Source of the DNA: Nitrospinaceae bacterium UBA7883
Lineage (GTDB): Bacteria; Nitrospinota_A; UBA7883
Assembly (NCBI GenBank): GCA_002500605.1
Contig: DLRR01000012.1
Location: forward strand, 137,265 to 201,264
Length of the DNA stretch: 64,000 nt
Direction of reading: 5' to 3'
Shown: one piece after another, positions 61,192-64,000 of the stretch
Layout: every line of letters starts with the position of its first letter
How positions within the stretch are numbered: position 1 is the stretch's first letter
The notes under the pieces: generated by a model
What the model was told of the DNA's origin: nothing
Database searches by the model: none
What the model saw: the letters and a program-made list of their open reading frames with translations, nothing else
Translations under genes and position numbers: made by a program

Positions 61192-62469
61192 ATGTCCGTT
61201 CAAGCCATCATTGGTGTCCAGTGGGGCGATGAGGGTAAAGGAAAAATCGTCGACATTTTATCAGAGGATAAAGATGTTATTGCTAGATATGCCGGTGGCG
61301 CAAATGCGGGCCATACTGTTGTAGTAGCTGACCAAGAGTACGTTCTTCACCTTATCCCATCCGGAATCCTACGTAAAGGTAAGATCTGCGTAATAGGCAA
61401 CGGAGTTGTTTTAGACCCTGATGCTTTCCTTACCGAAATAGAGATTCTTGGCGAGAAAGGCATCGAGGTTGATGGGTCATTATTTATTAGCCAAAAAGCA
61501 CATCTAATAATGCCTTATCACAAGCAACTCGACAAAGCTTCGGAAAGTGGCGAAACCATAGGGGTAAAAATTGGAACTACTGGCAGAGGAATAGGTCCAG
61601 CATACTCAGACAAGGCCTCACGTCTAGGTATCCGAGTGGCAGACCTGTTGAAACCGGATTATCTAAAAACCCGTGTAGAGCATGCCGCTGAAATAAAAAA
61701 CACTGTACTGAAGCAATATTATGGACAAAAACCGTTAGATACTGCTCAGATCGTTGAGCAGTACCTTGGGTATGCTGAAAAGCTAAAAGGGTTCATTGCC
61801 GATTGCGGACCTTTAGTAAGAAAAGCTATTCAAGATGGAAAAAAAGTTTTGGCTGAAGGAGCCCAAGGAACCATGCTCGATATAGACCACGGAACCTACC
61901 CTTTTGTAACGTCTTCAAACGCAAGCATCTCTGGTGTCTGCTCTGGGCTCGGGATACCACCAAAGGATATCTCGAACATCTTAGGTATTATGAAAGCTTA
62001 TACAACAAGGGTTGGGGAAGGACCATTGCCGACAGAACTAAATGACAAAGTTGGTAAGCAATTACGAGAACATGGGGGCGAATTTGGAGCAACCACTGGT
62101 AGGCCAAGACGCTGTGGTTGGCTTGATGGAGTAGTGGGAAGATTTTCAGTAGCAATCAATGGAATGGATACTATTGCCCTAACAAAACTTGATGTGTTGG
62201 ATCACTTTGCGGAGTTAAAAATCTGCATTGGGTATAGAATAGATGGTGTGGTTCACAATGAAATGCCAGATGACACTGACCTAGTAGCAAGAGCGGAACC
62301 AGTTTACGAAAATCACCGTGGTTGGATGAGCAAGACGGCAGGCATGGATAAGTATGATCAACTGCCAGATGAGGCAAAAAGGTATGTAGACAGAGTTGAA
62401 GAAGTTGTTGGAACTTCTGTGAGCATAATATCTACTGGGCAAGCGCGGGACTCTGTAATAGTAAGGTAA
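61192..62469 (+). CDS. purA: Adenylosuccinate synthetase
   Basis: ATG at 61192 preceded by GGGGGAGG. N-terminus AIIGVQWGDEGKGKIVD (P-loop) and the GIGPAY motif. The ORF track's 61168 start is probably an over-extension. Confidence 0.9.
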   Translation: MSVQAIIGVQWGDEGKGKIVDILSEDKDVIARYAGGANAGHTVVVADQEYVLHLIPSGILRKGKICVIGNGVVLDPDAFLTEIEILGEKGIEVDGSLFISQKAHLIMPYHKQLDKASESGETIGVKIGTTGRGIGPAYSDKASRLGIRVADLLKPDYLKTRVEHAAEIKNTVLKQYYGQKPLDTAQIVEQYLGYAEKLKGFIADCGPLVRKAIQDGKKVLAEGAQGTMLDIDHGTYPFVTSSNASISGVCSGLGIPPKDISNILGIMKAYTTRVGEGPLPTELNDKVGKQLREHGGEFGATTGRPRRCGWLDGVVGRFSVAINGMDTIALTKLDVLDHFAELKICIGYRIDGVVHNEMPDDTDLVARAEPVYENHRGWMSKTAGMDKYDQLPDEAKRYVDRVEEVVGTSVSIISTGQARDSVIVR

Positions 62470-62544
62470 ACAAGTTAGCCAAAACAAAATTTCTAACTCT
62501 GAGAAAATGTCAACAGCTTTCTAGATTCCTTCCAGGAGTAAAAT

Positions 62545-63918
62545 ATGGCCCTAGCCGATTCACATTGCCACTTAAATGACCAGGCCTTTGATGAAGATCG
62601 AGATGAAGTAATTGAAAGATCCCGTAAATCTGGAGTGGAAATTATCCTCAATGTTGGCTACAGCATTGAAAACAGCCACAAGGCCATTGTGCTGGCAGAA
62701 AAATATCAAGGCATGTATGCATCAGTTGGAATCCATCCGCATCACGCTTCAACTGTTACTAAAAAGTCCATCAGGGAATTAAAGGAAATGGCTGAGCACC
62801 CGATGGTTATCGCTATTGGTGAAACTGGACTCGATTATTACCGCAATCAATCCCCTAAGAATGACCAAGTCAAATCATTTCGCACCCATATAAATCTGGC
62901 AAAAGAAACGAGTAAACCTGTGATTGTGCACTGCCGAGATGCCATGGAAGATACGCTGAAGATTTTAAGTAAAGAACGAATAAAAAAAGTATGTGGGGTC
63001 ATGCATTGCTATAGCGGAACAGATTCAGATGTGTCAACAATATTAGATCTTGGAATGTATATTTCATTTTCTGCTAACATCACCTATCCAAAAGCCCATC
63101 TGCTTCGTGATGCAATGATGGCTACCCCTGGCCATCGTCTACTATTGGAAACAGACTCTCCATACCTAGCTCCACAAAAGAAAAGAGGCACACGGAACGA
63201 GCCTTCAAATTTAGCAATATTGGCAGACAATGCTGCCCGGATCCGTGGGATTAGCAGAGAGGATATAGAAAGGATTAGTGTTTCAAACTTTAAAACACTA
63301 TTCAATATTGAAGATACGGGAAACGGAAGGATAACGTATAAAATTAGAAACTCACTCTATGTAAATGTGACAAAAGAATGCACCAACGAGTGTTCTTTTT
63401 GTACTAGGTTTTACTCTGATAGCGTCCAAGGGCACAATCTTCGAATAACGCATGATCCAACTGCAATCCAAATGATTAAAGCTATTGGTGACCCTTCCAT
63501 TTACGATGAGATAGTATTTTGTGGTTTTGGAGAGCCTACACTACATTTGGATCGCATATTGGAAGTAGCGAAATCGGTTAAGAAACAGGGTGGAAAAGTG
63601 AGGCTTAACACCAACGGACATGGGTCAATAATAGCTAATCAAGATATTACCCCCGCGTTGTCAAAAGTAGTAGATCATATCTCGGTATCAATGAATGCAG
63701 CCGACAAAGATACCTACGACAATATTTGCCAACCGTTGATGCCAAACGCCTTCGACTCTATGCTGAAATTTATTAAAGATGCCAAAAAATGTGGGATTAA
63801 AGTTACCGCATCGGTGGTTGCTATACCGGATAAAGTTGATGTAGAAAAGTGTCGAAAACTGGCTGAAGTCGAATTGGGCGTTAGGTTTAGGGTGCGCAAT
63901 TATAACTTAGTTGGATAG
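62545..63918 (+). CDS. TatD-family metal-dependent hydrolase fused to a C-terminal small radical SAM domain
   Basis: 457 aa. The N-terminal ~255 aa is TatD-like (DSHCHLN, metal-binding His/Asp/Glu pattern, ETDSPYL). The C-terminal ~200 aa carries CTNECSFC (Cx3Cx2C) and a glycine-rich SAM motif (FCGFGEPT), i.e. a radical SAM half-barrel. Confidence 0.75.
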   Translation: MALADSHCHLNDQAFDEDRDEVIERSRKSGVEIILNVGYSIENSHKAIVLAEKYQGMYASVGIHPHHASTVTKKSIRELKEMAEHPMVIAIGETGLDYYRNQSPKNDQVKSFRTHINLAKETSKPVIVHCRDAMEDTLKILSKERIKKVCGVMHCYSGTDSDVSTILDLGMYISFSANITYPKAHLLRDAMMATPGHRLLLETDSPYLAPQKKRGTRNEPSNLAILADNAARIRGISREDIERISVSNFKTLFNIEDTGNGRITYKIRNSLYVNVTKECTNECSFCTRFYSDSVQGHNLRITHDPTAIQMIKAIGDPSIYDEIVFCGFGEPTLHLDRILEVAKSVKKQGGKVRLNTNGHGSIIANQDITPALSKVVDHISVSMNAADKDTYDNICQPLMPNAFDSMLKFIKDAKKCGIKVTASVVAIPDKVDVEKCRKLAEVELGVRFRVRNYNLVG

Positions 63919-64000
63919 CAAACAATGGCTATAGTTTTACATCATTTCTCAGCCCGAAATGACCAAAAGAGCACCCTTTATAATGTCTTCCAAGCTTGAG

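Overview
The window is a 64 kb stretch of a bacterial chromosome: moderate GC, densely coding (~60 genes), with no mobile elements, CRISPR arrays, rRNA or tRNA genes that I could see. The host is probably a diderm (Gram-negative-type) bacterium. Evidence: BepA-like M48/TPR protease, SurA-like PPIases, AsmA-family protein, System I cytochrome c maturation (ccmABC), sigma54-dependent regulator, and selenocysteine use (selA at the left edge). Gene content by block: selA; a fused B12-radical-SAM/DUF2344 protein with rodA-mrdA (cell shape); phosphohexomutase, dus, bepA-like; mfd followed by two tandem parvulin PPIases; a THUMP-less ThiI-like PP-loop ATPase paired with a cysteine desulfurase; nudix-hisC-hisD; a GH57 glycoside hydrolase; a compact molybdenum-cofactor cluster (mobA-moaE-moaD divergent from mobB-tatA-moaC); an unknown protein and a bactofilin; recO-era; ccmABC plus a small CcmD-like ORF; the ffh-rpsP-KH-rimM-trmD-(SPOUT MTase)-rplS block; AsmA-family protein, SAM methyltransferase and a DUF3108-like protein; nadE-pdaD; asd; leuB; an XRE regulator with etfB-etfA-ETF:QO; tsaC, thrS, yajQ, phzF; a nucleosidase / GAF-histidine-kinase / sigma54-regulator operon; an RDD protein; serC(class V)-serA-purA; and a TatD::radical-SAM fusion. 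Two small genes missing from the >=60 aa ORF track were found by hand: tatA at 26269..26436 and a CcmD-like ORF at 30832..30966. No defence island or mobile region is evident. The best candidates for undescribed biology are conserved-but-uncharacterised fusions and operon contexts: rSAM-B12::DUF2344 in the rod-shape operon, TatD::rSAM, nucleosidase-HK-RR, tatA inside the Moco cluster, and the LpoB-fold-like cytoplasmic protein next to a membrane-anchored bactofilin. All calls rest on reading motifs in the supplied translations. No database searches were run, and start codons are approximate because the ORF track extends to GTG/TTG starts.
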